From: Longimicrobiales bacterium | GTDB lineage: Bacteria > Gemmatimonadota > Gemmatimonadetes > Longimicrobiales > Gaopeijiaceae | Direction: 5' to 3' | Assembly (NCBI GenBank): GCA_965249725.1 | Contig: CBDFMQ010000002.1 | Coordinates: 1,376,001 to 1,440,000 of the forward strand | DNA length: 64,000 bases | Shown: positions 9,412 through 21,573 of the stretch, piece after piece | Layout of the letters: every line of letters begins with the position of its first letter | How positions within the stretch are numbered: the first letter of the stretch is position 1 | Program-made: the position numbers and the translations under genes | Notes under the pieces: generated by a model | What the model was told of the DNA's origin: nothing | The model's input: only the letters and a program-made list of their open reading frames with translations | Databases searched by the model: none

Positions 9412-10452
9412 GTGACCCCGACACGCGTGACGCCACCTTCCGTCTCGTCTGACGTCCGAACTCAGCGGTCGGATCTCTCACCGACCCTCGTCGTCTTGGC
9501 CGCCGGCCTGTCCACCCGGTATGGGGAACTGAAGCCGCTGGCATCAGTCGGCCCCCGGGGTGAGGCGCTGATCGACTACACCCTCTTCGACGCGGCCCGC
9601 TCGGGATACGGAGACGCGGTCTTGGTGGTACGGAGGGAGATCGAAGACCAAGTGTCGCGGCACGTCGAAGAACTCACCTCGGGCTCCTGGCGCTGTCGCT
9701 TCGTTTGCCAGCGCGTCGAGGACCTCCCGGCCGGCGCAGTCCTCCCGGAAGACCGTGAGCAACCGTGGGGGACCGGACATGCGGTGTGGACTACACGAGA
9801 CCTGATCCAAGGCCCCTTCGCTGTGGTGAACGCCGACGACTTCTACGGACGAGCCGCCCTGGGGACGCTTGCGCTGGAGATGGCGGCTCAGCAGACGCTC
9901 GTGAGGGAAACGGCGGATCCGCGATCAACCGGTGCCTGGGCCATCACGTACCAACTGGCCGACACCCTCTCAACGACGGGGGGGGTCTCCAGGGCCATAC
10001 TCCAGGTAGGTGACGACGGAGCGGTCCACGAGATACACGAGGTGCTACGGGTGCATCGATCATCCCAGGGAATCGTGGGAGAGACTCCGGACCGCACCGT
10101 GCTTTCCTTCTCGGGCAGTGAGCCTGCTTCCATGGGACTCTGGGGATTCACGGCGGGCATCTTCCCTCTCTTGGAAGAACGCTTCCGCGCTCTCCTCAGC
10201 GAGCTGACGGACGAGCGTCCGATCGAATTCTACCTCAGCGACGCACTGAACCGGCTCATCGCGTCCGGCGACCTTCAGATGAAGGCTGTGGCTTCGGGCC
10301 TGCCCAGTTTCGGCGTGACATTTGCCGAAGATCGTTCGGAGGTTCGGTCCCGCATCGAGAGGCTCGTTGCCGAGGGACACTATCCGGCGGATCTTGCGAG
10401 CGCATTCCCAGCATTGGCGAACCAGAACGGATCTTCGGCAACGGAGCCCTGA
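9412..10452 (+). CDS. Sugar-phosphate nucleotidyltransferase family protein
   Basis: LVVLAAGLSTRYGELK, PWGTGHA and VVNADDFYG motifs; start uncertain. Confidence 0.85.
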   Translation: MTPTRVTPPSVSSDVRTQRSDLSPTLVVLAAGLSTRYGELKPLASVGPRGEALIDYTLFDAARSGYGDAVLVVRREIEDQVSRHVEELTSGSWRCRFVCQRVEDLPAGAVLPEDREQPWGTGHAVWTTRDLIQGPFAVVNADDFYGRAALGTLALEMAAQQTLVRETADPRSTGAWAITYQLADTLSTTGGVSRAILQVGDDGAVHEIHEVLRVHRSSQGIVGETPDRTVLSFSGSEPASMGLWGFTAGIFPLLEERFRALLSELTDERPIEFYLSDALNRLIASGDLQMKAVASGLPSFGVTFAEDRSEVRSRIERLVAEGHYPADLASAFPALANQNGSSATEP

Positions 10453-12275
10453 TGCAGCTATCGACACTCGACTGGTGGGTCCTCGCCCTCTACGGCGTGA
10501 CGGCCCTCTCGGTGGGGCTGGCGTTCGCGCGCCGCGCCGGACGCGGAACCGAGGAGTACTTCCTCGCGGGCCGGTCGATGCCGTGGTGGCTGCTGGGCAC
10601 CTCGATGGTGGCGACCACGTTCTCGACGGACACACCCAACCTGGTCACCGACCTCGTGCGCACCGGAGGGGTCAGCCAGAACTGGATCTGGTGGGCCTTC
10701 CTGATCACCGGCATGTGCACGGTCTTCTTCTACGCCAAGCTTTGGCGGCGCTCAGGCGTCCTCACTGATATCGGATTCTATGAACTTCGATATGCGGGAC
10801 GTTCCGCAGCCTTCCTGAGAGGCTTCAGGGCCATCTATCTGGGTGTGTTCTTCAACGTCATGATCATGGCCACGGTGACGCTGGCGGCCATCAAGATCGG
10901 GGGTGTGCTGCTCGGAGCGGACAAGTACACCGTCGTGCTGATCGCCGGAACGGCCACGGTCTTGTATGCGGCGACCTCGGGGCTCTGGGGCGTCCTGGTC
11001 ACGGATCTGCTTCTCTTCGCCATCTCCATGATCGGGGCGGTGGCTGCGGCGGTTTATGCCCTGCGGCTTCCGGAGGTGGGTGGCCTCTCCGGTCTGATCT
11101 CCAACCCAGCCGTGTCGGGCAAGTTGTCCTTCCTTCCGGACTTCTCGGATCCCTCCACCGCGGCGGCCGTCTTCATCGTGCCCATCGCCGTGCAGTGGTG
11201 GAGTACGTGGTACCCCGGCGCGGAGCCCGGCGGTGGAGGATATGCCGCCCAACGCATGCTGGCGGCCAAGGATGAGAAGCACGCCATGCAGGCCACGCTC
11301 TGGTTCAACCTGGCCCACTACGCGCTGCGACCGTGGCCGTGGATCTTGGTGGCCCTGGCGTCGTTGATCGTCTACCCGACCCTGGCCGACCTACAGGCCG
11401 CCTTCCCCCACGTGGACCCGTCCGTCATCCGGCACGACCTGGCTTACCCCGCCATGCTGGTCTTCCTGCCGCACGGCCTCCTCGGCCTCGTGGTGGCATC
11501 ACTCGCGGCGGCCTACATGTCGACCATCAGCACGCACCTCAACTGGGGGTCGTCGTACATCGTCGACGACGTCTACCGCCGTTTCGTGGCCCCGGACCGC
11601 GAGGAGAAGGACTATGTCCGAGTGGCGCGGCTCTCCACCGTAGGGTTGATCATCTTCGCGTCTTTCGTGGCCCTACAGCTCGAGAACGCCATGCAGGCGT
11701 TCCAGATTCTCCTCCAGATCGGGGCCGGGACCGGTCTGGTGTTCCTTCTGCGGTGGTTCTGGTGGCGGGTGAACACGTGGAGTGAGATCTCCGCCATGGT
11801 GATCTCGTTTGTCGTGGCCATCTACTTCGCCTTCTTCCATACGCGCCTGGGCTTCGAGCCCTGGGATGCATCGAATACACTGGTCGTAGGCGTGGCGATC
11901 ACCACCGTGGGCTGGCTGGCCGTGACGTTCATGACTCCGCCGGTGGACACGGAGACGCTCCAGGCCTTCTACCGCGATATCCGTCCGCTCGGCCGGGGCT
12001 GGGATGCGGTCATGGGCGAGACGGGCTCCGAGACGGGCGGCAGTGAGGATCCCGCGGGAGGCGGCCAACGGGCCGACGATCAAGATCGCGGCGGAGAGCT
12101 CGCCGCCGGCCTGCTCTCCTGGTTCCTCGGGTGCACCATGGTGTACGGCGCGCTGTTCGGAACGGGGTTCCTACTGTACGGGCAGCCAGGGGCAGGCATC
12201 TTCGGGATGGTCGTGGCGGTCGCATCCGGCTGGGGCGTGTTCAGGCTGCTGCCGCGGGTCGGCTTTCTATCCTGA
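10452..12275 (+). CDS. Sodium:solute symporter (SSS family)
   Basis: YFLAGRSMPWW, TSMVATTFS, QRMLAAK and AAYMSTISTHLN; many TM segments; TGATG coupling to the upstream gene. Confidence 0.92.
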   Translation: MQLSTLDWWVLALYGVTALSVGLAFARRAGRGTEEYFLAGRSMPWWLLGTSMVATTFSTDTPNLVTDLVRTGGVSQNWIWWAFLITGMCTVFFYAKLWRRSGVLTDIGFYELRYAGRSAAFLRGFRAIYLGVFFNVMIMATVTLAAIKIGGVLLGADKYTVVLIAGTATVLYAATSGLWGVLVTDLLLFAISMIGAVAAAVYALRLPEVGGLSGLISNPAVSGKLSFLPDFSDPSTAAAVFIVPIAVQWWSTWYPGAEPGGGGYAAQRMLAAKDEKHAMQATLWFNLAHYALRPWPWILVALASLIVYPTLADLQAAFPHVDPSVIRHDLAYPAMLVFLPHGLLGLVVASLAAAYMSTISTHLNWGSSYIVDDVYRRFVAPDREEKDYVRVARLSTVGLIIFASFVALQLENAMQAFQILLQIGAGTGLVFLLRWFWWRVNTWSEISAMVISFVVAIYFAFFHTRLGFEPWDASNTLVVGVAITTVGWLAVTFMTPPVDTETLQAFYRDIRPLGRGWDAVMGETGSETGGSEDPAGGGQRADDQDRGGELAAGLLSWFLGCTMVYGALFGTGFLLYGQPGAGIFGMVVAVASGWGVFRLLPRVGFLS

Positions 12276-13487
12276 CCGCCACGTGACCGTGGCTCCCCCC
12301 GACGGTACGGCCCTGAATAGCAGATCCTCCGTGGATGTGTCACCCCGCGGCCCATAGTACCCGCCCGCCAGCGCCTCGCGAACCGCTGCCTCGGCGGATT
12401 CCTCACACAGGATGAGCGCGGCACCGCCGAGTCCCGCTCCGGTCAGTCGTGCACCGGCGGCACCGGCCTCCCGCGCAAACGCCACGATCCTGTCGAGTTC
12501 GGGTGTGCTCACCTCGTAGTCGTGACGGAGGCTCTCGTGCGAAGCGTCCATGATGCGACCAAAGGCCATCAGGTCTCCCTCGGACAACGCCCGCTCGGCC
12601 TCAGTCACCCGAAGCGCCTCACTCAAGGTGTGCCTGAACCGGGCAAGGAGTGGGGCGTCGAGGACGTCGTCGGCCAAGTCGAGCAGGTCCACTCGATCCG
12701 CCGTCTCGAGTAGCGGCCGGTAGTCCCTCTCCGGTGGGGGCCCTTCCCCCACCCTCTCCCATACGGTGGCGAGCGCCGTTCGGCACTCCTGGGTCCTGGT
12801 GTTGTAGGTGGCCTGTGCCGGACCGGATTTCTCCGCCACGAAGCCGCTGTGGGCGACCATGAACACCCAATGGCCCGGAACCTCCACCGGCCGTATGTGC
12901 AGGGGTGCAAAACTCACAGCAAGGGCGTGCCCACTGCGGCCACAGAGGATGGCCGCCTGGTCCATTCCCCCTCCTTGGGTGCCCGTGTACCGCTCGGCCC
13001 GGGCCACGACCTCGGCCAGTTTCACCCTTCTCACATCCCGATCATTCACAGCCAGCAGTGCCATGGCCAAGCCGCAGGAAAGCGCGGAAGAAGAACTCAG
13101 GCCCGCAGCGATCGGCAGATCGGACCCCATGACGATGTCGGCCCCCGATGTGATCTCGAATTCACGCACCAGAGCCTGAGCCACACCCCGGGCATAGTCG
13201 CCCCAATCGCCTTTCCCTCCCGGCTCTATCTCGACGAACAGATCAATCTCGACGTCGGCATAGTCCGGCTCCGCGTTCCTGATCCTCAACAGGCCATCTC
13301 TGCGTGGTCGCACCCCCAAGGAAGTACCGAGCTGGATGGCCATGGGGAGCACCGGCAGCAGCGAATAGTCGATATGCTCGCCGATGAGGTTCACACGCCC
13401 CGGGGCCCGCACGACGAGGGTCGGCGCGGGACTACCGAAGCGGTCTTGAAAGAGCCCCGAGGGATCCCCGTTGGAGTATGGTGCCAA
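12267..13487 (-). CDS. galK: Galactokinase family GHMP kinase (possibly GalNAc kinase)
   Basis: APGRVNLIGEHIDY, PIAAGLSSSSA, GGMDQ, SHESLRHDYEVS and RLTGAGLGG. Confidence 0.85.
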   Translation of the reverse strand: MAPYSNGDPSGLFQDRFGSPAPTLVVRAPGRVNLIGEHIDYSLLPVLPMAIQLGTSLGVRPRRDGLLRIRNAEPDYADVEIDLFVEIEPGGKGDWGDYARGVAQALVREFEITSGADIVMGSDLPIAAGLSSSSALSCGLAMALLAVNDRDVRRVKLAEVVARAERYTGTQGGGMDQAAILCGRSGHALAVSFAPLHIRPVEVPGHWVFMVAHSGFVAEKSGPAQATYNTRTQECRTALATVWERVGEGPPPERDYRPLLETADRVDLLDLADDVLDAPLLARFRHTLSEALRVTEAERALSEGDLMAFGRIMDASHESLRHDYEVSTPELDRIVAFAREAGAAGARLTGAGLGGAALILCEESAEAAVREALAGGYYGPRGDTSTEDLLFRAVPSGGATVTWRSG

Positions 13488-13502
13488 CCCGATGTCTCCG
13501 GG

Positions 13503-14894
13503 CTACGCCGTCACCAGCCCCAACTGCGGCCAGGACTCCCATCGACCACGCGTGAAGTCCGGGAAGTCGATCGCCTGACTCCCGTTCGCCACCGACCACT
13601 CGGACAACGGCGTCACGGCGCTGAGCGCTGCAGCGTCGTAGACGTTCATGTCCGTCGGAAGCCCCTCACGTAGGCACTTGATGAGGCGGTAGTCCTCCAT
13701 GAAGTCCATGCCTCCGTGACCCGCGCCCTGCGAGCGCTCCTCCATCTCCTTCCAGAGAGGATGCTCGTACTCCTCCAGCCACTTCTCGGCCTCGTCCCAG
13801 CGGTGGTCCTCACTGATGCCCTCTACGTACACGCGGTCCGGATATCCCTGGAAGATGCCCTTGGTACCCTGCACCTGGTTGATGCGGCTGTAAGGCCTCG
13901 GGAGATTCGTGTCGTGCCCCACGTAGAGCGTGCGTCCCAGGGCGGTCTGGATCATCGTCGTGTTCACGTCCCCCAGGACGTAGGTCTCTTGGCGCTTGGG
14001 GTGGTCCGCCGGGTAGTTGGCTTCGGCCCAGTCCTGAAGCCCCCTCGACGGAGTACTCATCGAGACCAGCGTAGCGAAACGGTCGCCCCGATTGATGTCC
14101 ATGCAGTTGGCGATCGGCCCCAAGCCGTGGGTCGGGTAGAGGTTGCCGTTCCGCTGCGTGGCGTGTGCACGACGCCACAAGCCCTCGTCCTTGTCCTCGA
14201 ACTTGATGCCGCGCAGGTCGTGGAGATACCCGCCCTCCGCGTGCAGAATCTCACCCAGGACACCCTGCCGGACGAGGTTGAAGGCGAGCATTTCCATGCG
14301 CCCGTAGTTGACGTTCTCCATCATGGAGCAGTGCTTCTCGTACTTCTCGGCGTACTCCACGAGCTTCCAGCAGTCTTCCAACGTGTAGGCCGCCGGCACC
14401 TCGGTCGCCGTGTGCTTTCCGTTCTCCATGGCGGACGTGCAGATGGGGACGTGCCACTCCCACGGCGTGGCGTTGTACACCAGGTCCAAGTCCTCCTCCT
14501 GGCACAGGCGCTCGAAGTCCCGCTCGCCACGCGTGTAACCCGACGGTCGCGGGTGGCCGGCCTCCTCCACCCAGTCCTGTATTCGCTCCACCTTCTCGGG
14601 CACCACGTCGCACACGGCCTGAATGACGCAGCCCTCGATCCGGAGGAGATTCCGGACATGGGCACTCCCCTGGAGGCCGACTCCCACATAACCGATACGG
14701 ACCTGATCGATGGGCGGAGCGGCGAAAAGCTCCATGGGGGCCTGCCCGAGATCGGGAACGGACCCCGACCCTTGAGGCTCCGACTCGATGGAGCATCCCG
14801 CAGAGGTGCCGACGACGGCTAGGCCCAGCCCGGCAGCGCCCAGTTTCAGGGCCTCGCGGCGATCCAATCCACCCTCAATGATGTCGTCCGGCAT
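13503..14894 (-). CDS. GH109 NAD+-dependent alpha-N-acetylgalactosaminidase (Gfo/Idh/MocA fold), Tat-exported
   Basis: Tat motif DRREALK, ATPWEWH, EVPAA, MMENVNY, YLHDLR, NGNLYPTHG, GHGGMDF and FPDFTRG match GH109 (NagA-like). Confidence 0.88.
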   Translation of the reverse strand: MPDDIIEGGLDRREALKLGAAGLGLAVVGTSAGCSIESEPQGSGSVPDLGQAPMELFAAPPIDQVRIGYVGVGLQGSAHVRNLLRIEGCVIQAVCDVVPEKVERIQDWVEEAGHPRPSGYTRGERDFERLCQEEDLDLVYNATPWEWHVPICTSAMENGKHTATEVPAAYTLEDCWKLVEYAEKYEKHCSMMENVNYGRMEMLAFNLVRQGVLGEILHAEGGYLHDLRGIKFEDKDEGLWRRAHATQRNGNLYPTHGLGPIANCMDINRGDRFATLVSMSTPSRGLQDWAEANYPADHPKRQETYVLGDVNTTMIQTALGRTLYVGHDTNLPRPYSRINQVQGTKGIFQGYPDRVYVEGISEDHRWDEAEKWLEEYEHPLWKEMEERSQGAGHGGMDFMEDYRLIKCLREGLPTDMNVYDAAALSAVTPLSEWSVANGSQAIDFPDFTRGRWESWPQLGLVTA

Positions 14895-14954
14895 CGCTCC
14901 CAACCCTCCGTAAAGTGCTCGGCCCACCGTCGACGGTGGGCTGCGTCGCTCGTC

Positions 14955-15770
14955 TCAGCGAACCCTCAAGACCATCAGCACCGGCCGATGGTCCGATGCC
15001 ACTCGCTCGTCCAGTACACGGTACTCGACAACCTCGAAGTGATCGGTAGGACGGTATCCGATGAAGTCGATTTCGCGCTCCGGGCGGTCCGACGGGAAGG
15101 TCGAGATGCGGCCGGCCTTGTCGGGTAACGCCCAGTGATGCTCGATCACGTCCATGACCCGATCGCCTCTGCGGGAATTGAAGTCTCCCGCCAGAATGAT
15201 CGGCGTCGTCTCCTGTTCGAAGAGGTCCACGACCTCCCGCGCCTGCCGAAAGCGCTCCTCTTCCGTACGGTAGAAGTGCACGCCCGCCACGATCACCTCC
15301 CCCGCCCCACCTGGAAGCCGGATCCTGGCCGCCAGTGTGCTTCGCGGCTCCGTGCCGGGGGGTAACACATGGTTCACGACCTCGAGGATGGGCCACCGAG
15401 ATAGGATGGCCATCCCATACTCCCCGCCTTGATACTCCATGAAGGGACCGAATGCGTGCTCCATCCCGGTCAGATCACCGAGACGCGCCGCCTGATCGAC
15501 TCGACCGGTTCGCGCGACGTTCCAGTCGATCTCCTGGAGCGTGACGATGTCCGGACGAGCACCGCGGATCACCGCCGCCGCCCGCTCGAGGTGCACCTCC
15601 CTGTCCATGCCCTCGCCGTGTTTGATGTTGTAGGCCAGCACCCGAATCGTGGGGCGACGGCCGGCCTCCTCAAACGCCTGCTGGATGGCGGCACAGCCCG
15701 TCAAACCCAGCGCCAGAGCCGAAATCGACAACAATACCCACCATCTCACCGCCATACTCCTCACTCCCAT
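14955..15770 (-). CDS. Endonuclease/exonuclease/phosphatase family lipoprotein
   Basis: Lipobox LTGC; AYNIKHG, LQEID, LAGDFNS, IDFI and ASDHRPV motifs. Confidence 0.88.
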   Translation of the reverse strand: MGVRSMAVRWWVLLSISALALGLTGCAAIQQAFEEAGRRPTIRVLAYNIKHGEGMDREVHLERAAAVIRGARPDIVTLQEIDWNVARTGRVDQAARLGDLTGMEHAFGPFMEYQGGEYGMAILSRWPILEVVNHVLPPGTEPRSTLAARIRLPGGAGEVIVAGVHFYRTEEERFRQAREVVDLFEQETTPIILAGDFNSRRGDRVMDVIEHHWALPDKAGRISTFPSDRPEREIDFIGYRPTDHFEVVEYRVLDERVASDHRPVLMVLRVR

Positions 15771-16861
15771 GCTTCATCGTCCAGGGCACGCCCTAGAGCC
15801 TCGAGCGCACCACCGAGCACGTCCGTCGGCGCACCAATCGCCACCCTGAAATGAGCGGGAGATTGGAAAAAGGCACCGGGCACGACACCCGTATCGTACT
15901 GCTCTGTCAGCCTTCGGGCGAAGACGGCGGTGTCCTCGACATCCCGGATTCTCGGAAAGGCCACGGCGCCACCCGCGGGGGGCACCCACTCGAGCACATC
16001 CCGGCTCTCCATGAAGTCCGCCAGCATGCGGGAATTGGGCTCGAGGATCGAGCGCGCCCGTTCGCGAAGGGCCGCCAGGTGATCGAAGGCGACCACCGAC
16101 AGCCGCTCTGCAGGAAAGGCCCCGACGGCATCTACCACGTCGCGAACGCGGCGCATGGACTCACAGACCTCGGGCGGAGCCACGGCCCAACCACAGCGTA
16201 GCCCGGAGAGTCCGAACGCCTTGGTCAGGCTGCTGGTGGAGACGACCCGGTCCGAGAGGCTCGCCGCCGGCCTCTAGGGCCGATCGAAGACCGCCTCCCT
16301 GTATACCTCGTCCACCAGGACGCGAGCACCGACCTTCTCAGCCACTTCGACTACGCCCAGCAGCTCCTCGTCCGTTGCAAGCGTTCCCGTCGGGTTGTGG
16401 GGGTCGGTGACCACCACGAGGCGAGTTTCTGATGTGAGGCGCTAAGCCACGCGCTCGGGATCCAATCGCCACCCGTCCTCGAAGACTCGCTCGAAGCGAC
16501 CTACGCGGGCGCCCACGAGCTCGCCGGCATCCACGAGCGGATCATAGCCTGGCGTCTCGCACAACAGCTCCTCCCCGGGGCGTACCATGGCCGCGATGGC
16601 CAGGAAGTTCGCTCCGGAGGCCCCCGCGGCCGTGCACACACGGTCGGGGGCCACGCCGTAATGCTCGGCGATAGCCTCCACCAAGGGAGCGTATCCCTCG
16701 TCGTTCGGGCCCGACAACGCCAGGGCCTCCCGAGCCCCGGGCAGGTCTTCGAGCTGGCAATGGTGCAGATCGCTTCGTGTCAGACCGAACGTGGGAATCG
16801 GGTGCACCTTGGACCAGTGCATGTAGGGTGCCCAGTCACGCACTCCTTCGACGCCACTCAT
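15761..16861 (-). pseudogene. PLP-dependent aminotransferase class I/II with two in-frame TAG codons (16442-16444, 16274-16276): pseudogene, recoded gene or sequence error
   Basis: One continuous frame ...DPERVA*RLTSETRLVVVTDPHNPTG...LVDEVYREAVFDRP*RPAASLSDRVVSTSSLTKAFGLSGLRCGW...; all PLP motifs present; both ends overlap neighbouring genes. Confidence 0.8.
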
Positions 16862-18339
16862 TCTTGGGGTCCGTCCCCGGGCTGGGGCTGGTCATGGTTC
16901 GCATCACTCGCGTCCTCTGTGGTGCGTCCACTCCAATACCAGAAGGCAGGTACACCCGTCAGGAGCAGCACCAGGCCGATGCCGGAGCCGACCGGGTTCG
17001 ACCTCAGGACGCTCCCGACGATGAGCACCGATACCGCCACGAAGACGCCTGGCAGAATCGGAAAGCCCAAGGTCCTGAACGTGCCCTCGGGTCGCTCCGC
17101 GAGCGGATGGGTCCTGCGGAAGATGAACAGGCTGGCACCCGCGAGTCCGAAGAAGATCCAGTCTGCCAGGACGACGTAGTCCACCAGCTGGGCATATGTA
17201 CCGCTGAGGACGAGGATGGCGGCCCATCCCGATTGGATGCCGATCGCGAGGGAGGGCGTGCGGAACCGCGGGTGGAGCCGCGCTACAGCCGGAATGAAGA
17301 GCTTGTCGCGCGCCATCGCGTAGTAGACTCGGGTCGGCGCCAGCATCGTCAGGTTCAGGAAGCCGAAGGTCGAGATGGCGATGGTCAGGGCGATGAGCTT
17401 GTCTCCAGTGCCGCCGAAGAGGCGGTCGGCCGTGTCGGCGGCGGGCGTCATCGATCCCGCGAGTCCTGCGTGTCCGAGGGTCTTCAAGTACACGAGGTTC
17501 ACGAGAGCGTAAACCGTCACCACTACTGCGGTCCCCGCGAGGAGCGCCGTGGGCAGTTTCTTGACCGGGTCCTTGATCTCCTCGGCCACGTAGTTCGCGT
17601 TCTGCCATCCCCCATATGAGAACATGATGGGGATGAGGGCCGCTCCGAACGCGAGTAGCAAGGAGGGGCGCTCGGTGACCTGCTCGGCCGCCCCAGTCGC
17701 TGCAGCCGCCGCGGCGGCGGTTACCGCCGGAACGTCGGTCGCTCCAGATCCGCCCAGGACGAAGCCGGCTCCGATCAGCACCAGAATGGCCGCCACTTTG
17801 AGCACGACGAACGCATTGAGCACACGACTCCCGGGTTTCACCCCGAGATAGTTGATCGTCGCTACGACCACGATGGCCAAGATGGCGAGCGACGAGGTGG
17901 GGGCGCCCCCGCGACCCACCAAGCGGAAGGTGTACTCGGCAAACGTGATGGCGACCGCCGCGATGGCTCCGCTCTCGATCATGAGGAGGAGGGCCCAGCC
18001 GTACAGGAATCCCGCTAAAGGGTGGTACGCATCCCGCAGGTAAGCGTAGTGGCCCCCGGCGGTGGGAAAGAGCGAGCCGAGTTCTGCAAAGGTGAAGGCT
18101 CCCGCGATGGCGATGCACCCCCCGGCGATCCAGGCGGCCATGACCAACCAGCCGCTGTCGAGGCGCTGGGCCACGATATAGGGGTTGATGAAGATCCCCG
18201 CACCGATGATGCCACCCACCACCACCATCGTGGCGTCGAAGGTCCCCAACTCCCGACGAAAACTCATTCGGGGCACCGTCGGATTGGGCAAGCCAGCGGG
18301 CGAGCCAGCGGGCATGTCAGCGTGTATGTCAACGGCCAT
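16858..18339 (-). CDS. APC-family amino acid permease
   Basis: VGGIIGAGIF, AELG..FPTAGGHYAYL, FSYGGW..AEEIKDP, RVYYAMARD and HPRFRTP. Confidence 0.92.
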   Translation of the reverse strand: MAVDIHADMPAGSPAGLPNPTVPRMSFRRELGTFDATMVVVGGIIGAGIFINPYIVAQRLDSGWLVMAAWIAGGCIAIAGAFTFAELGSLFPTAGGHYAYLRDAYHPLAGFLYGWALLLMIESGAIAAVAITFAEYTFRLVGRGGAPTSSLAILAIVVVATINYLGVKPGSRVLNAFVVLKVAAILVLIGAGFVLGGSGATDVPAVTAAAAAAATGAAEQVTERPSLLLAFGAALIPIMFSYGGWQNANYVAEEIKDPVKKLPTALLAGTAVVVTVYALVNLVYLKTLGHAGLAGSMTPAADTADRLFGGTGDKLIALTIAISTFGFLNLTMLAPTRVYYAMARDKLFIPAVARLHPRFRTPSLAIGIQSGWAAILVLSGTYAQLVDYVVLADWIFFGLAGASLFIFRRTHPLAERPEGTFRTLGFPILPGVFVAVSVLIVGSVLRSNPVGSGIGLVLLLTGVPAFWYWSGRTTEDASDANHDQPQPGDGPQE

Positions 18340-18462
18340 TGGCGCCGACAGGGAGGCCGCCGCTGGGCGACCGGCATCCTGGAGGTTGGTACTCGCATGA
18401 CTGCAGCTCCGCTCGGAATTCGAGCGACAAGCTACTGCGAGTCGACGAGCACCGCGAAATGC

Positions 18463-18495
18463 AGAAGGCGGGCGCCGATGAGCCGCCCGCCTTCT
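18463..18495 (-). terminator. Terminator-like hairpin
   Basis: AGAAGGCGGGCG / CGCCCGCCTTCT 12-bp stem; only a weak U-tract. Confidence 0.55.
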
Positions 18496-18741
18496 CGAGT
18501 GGTCGGGGTATTCCCCGAGGCCACGTCGCCCCTAGTGGACTCCGTTCCGGTGCGTGCTCCTAGTATCCGGAAGGTGGAGCCTCACTCGAACCCGCCGAAG
18601 GATCGTCCGCCTTCGGCAGGAGCTGCGCCACCGCTGTATTCACGATATCCATCGGGAACGACGTGATGGTGGAACTCTTCTCCCCCGAATTTGCTTGTGG
18701 GGAAACGCCCTACCCCCGGGCGGGGAATACCGCCGCCCGAG
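18494..18741 (-). ncRNA. Candidate structured RNA with 6S-like rod core (18522-18665)
   Basis: Nested complementary segments read by eye; G-U pairs favour the minus strand; followed by a terminator-like hairpin. Confidence 0.5.
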
Positions 18742-18780
18742 GGTGGAATCAGGCGCGGGGTGTCTTCCGTCTGAGGCCTT

Positions 18781-18789
18781 TGGTATTCT
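18781..18789 (+). promoter_or_regulatory. Putative extended -10 promoter of acnA
   Basis: TGgTATTCT about 65 nt upstream of the acnA start. Confidence 0.35.
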
Positions 18790-18852
18790 TCGACGTTCGC
18801 AGCCCCGCGAAAACCGCGTCCGTCCCGAACTGCAGAGCAGACTGAGGCCGTC

Positions 18853-21561
<2,709 letters not shown>

Positions 21562-21573
21562 CGACGAGTCAGA

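Noticed and set aside
17700..17730. Poly-Ala stretch in the APC permease
   Set aside because: Low-complexity loop with no evidence of function.
18494..18741. Identification as SRP RNA, RNase P RNA, tmRNA or a known riboswitch
   Set aside because: Their hallmark motifs (SRP helix 8, GAGGAAAGUCC, tRNA-like ends, TPP/B12/lysine/glycine cores) were not found by eye.
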